Assembly: GCA_028686135.1 (NCBI GenBank)
Contig: JAQUCP010000013.1
Coordinates: 9,565 to 73,564 of the forward strand
Origin: Bacteroidales bacterium
GTDB lineage: Bacteria; Bacteroidota; Bacteroidia; Bacteroidales; UBA12481
Direction: 5' to 3'
Length of the DNA: 64,000 nt
Shown: one piece after another, positions 63,306-64,000 of the stretch
Numbering within the stretch: the first letter of the stretch is position 1
Layout of the letters: every line of letters begins with the position of its first letter
Program-made: the position numbers and the translations under genes
The notes under the pieces: generated by a model
What the model was told of the DNA's origin: nothing
Databases searched by the model: none
What the model saw: only the letters and a program-made list of their open reading frames with translations

Positions 63306-64000
63306 ATGGAAAACAAGGAGTTAGCCAAGATGTTTGAAGCGGAGAACCAAGAATGGATCGATTCGCTAGATTATATCATAGAAAATGAGGGTTCTGAACG
63401 CGCCAGAGAGATTCTTTTGATGCTCCAGTCCCGCTCACAATTGAAAGGGATTGACTTTACCTATCAGGGTAATACTCCCTATATCAACACCATTCCAGCA
63501 TCGAAAGAGAAACCCTACCCTGGTAGCCGGGAAATCGAGCGAAAGATCAAGAGCATCATCCGCTGGAATGCCATGGCGATGGTGGTCAGAGCTAATAAGG
63601 AATCCGATGGCATCGGTGGACACATCTCCACCTTTGCCTCCAGTGCAACGCTTTACGAGGTAGGCTTCAATCACTTCTTCCGAGGCGGAGACGACGGACG
63701 GCGACCTGATCTGGTGTACATCCAGGGTCATGCCGCCCCCGGAATCTATGCCAGAGCTTTCCTCGAAGGACGACTCACGGAACATGACCTGAAAAACTTC
63801 CGTCGCGAGCTCAAAGAGGGCGGCGGACTATCCTCATACCCCCATCCCCGCTCCATGAAAGAGTTCTGGCAGTTCCCAACAGTCTCCATGGGCCTCGGTC
63901 CACTCATGGCAATCTACCAGGCAAGGTTTAATCGCTATCTGGAGGATAACGGACTGATACCTAAATCAGACCAGAAAGTCTGGGCCTTCCTCGGCGATGG
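63306..64000 (+). CDS. aceE: Pyruvate dehydrogenase E1 component, homodimeric type (5' part; continues beyond the window)
   Basis: My translation reads MENKELAKMFEAENQEWIDSLDYIIENEG...YINTIPASKEKPYPGSREIERKIKSIIRWNAMAMVVRAN...GGHISTFASSATLYEVGFNHFFRG...VYIQGHAAPGIYARAFLEGRL..., which matches the AceE N-terminal region. It is absent from the track because it has no stop codon in the window. Confidence 0.88.
   Translation, partial: MENKELAKMFEAENQEWIDSLDYIIENEGSERAREILLMLQSRSQLKGIDFTYQGNTPYINTIPASKEKPYPGSREIERKIKSIIRWNAMAMVVRANKESDGIGGHISTFASSATLYEVGFNHFFRGGDDGRRPDLVYIQGHAAPGIYARAFLEGRLTEHDLKNFRRELKEGGGLSSYPHPRSMKEFWQFPTVSMGLGPLMAIYQARFNRYLEDNGLIPKSDQKVWAFLGD

Noticed and set aside
1-64000. 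A search for CRISPR arrays, transposases/IS elements, integrases, phage genes, tRNA/rRNA genes and known defence systems (RM, TA, CBASS, Gabija and others)
   Set aside because: I saw no repeat-spacer periodicity, no recombinase or transposase-like ORF, no tRNA-like intergenic segment (the gaps are too short) and no nuclease/ATPase/methylase defence pairs. The window reads as core chromosome, not an accessory island.

Overview
The window is a dense, nearly gap-free stretch of chromosome with about 47 protein genes. I found no rRNA, tRNA, CRISPR array, transposase, integrase or phage genes. Gene content points to a facultatively anaerobic member of the Bacteroidota: an S46 dipeptidyl-peptidase, a FISUMP lipoprotein, a bacterial GH3-family protein, a DUF2723 membrane protein, a small transporter-associated protein after an RND pump, and many glycoside hydrolases. 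Five exact TAnnTTTG promoter boxes sit 18-26 nt upstream of start codons, which supports the same assignment. The taxon is an inference; no search was run.

Main modules, in window order:
- typA
- GH95 fucosidase with an OmpR/HisKA two-component pair
- a glycyl-radical enzyme (GRE) with its activase
- S46 peptidase
- MarC, RNase HI and DUF2723
- a MarR-TolC-MFP-RND efflux operon followed by a small accessory protein and a URO-D-family protein
- M14 peptidase, LysE and a GH3-family protein
- trkAH
- nrfHA followed by a DUF438/hemerythrin/PAS protein
- a class-V PLP enzyme
- a NatAB-like ABC transporter
- GH29, a ThiF-like protein and DUF454
- a Fur-family regulator, catalase and peroxiredoxin operon
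- GH3 beta-glucosidase, GH27 alpha-galactosidase and a K+/H+ antiporter
- PfkB kinase and a tricorn-like S41 peptidase
- DUF3795, a BNR propeller protein, nfo, an Rrf2 regulator, EamA and the 5' part of aceE

I do not see a defence island or an obviously new multi-gene system. The candidates most worth follow-up are:
1. The context-less GRE/activase pair, whose substrate is unassigned.
2. Two divergent paralogues of a roughly 371-aa tandem-GNAT-like protein, 18 kb apart.
3. The nrfH-nrfA-DUF438 arrangement, preceded by a CRP/FNR-geometry palindrome.
4. The GH3-family/LysE/M14 string.

All functional calls come from motif and family recognition by eye. None were checked against databases.
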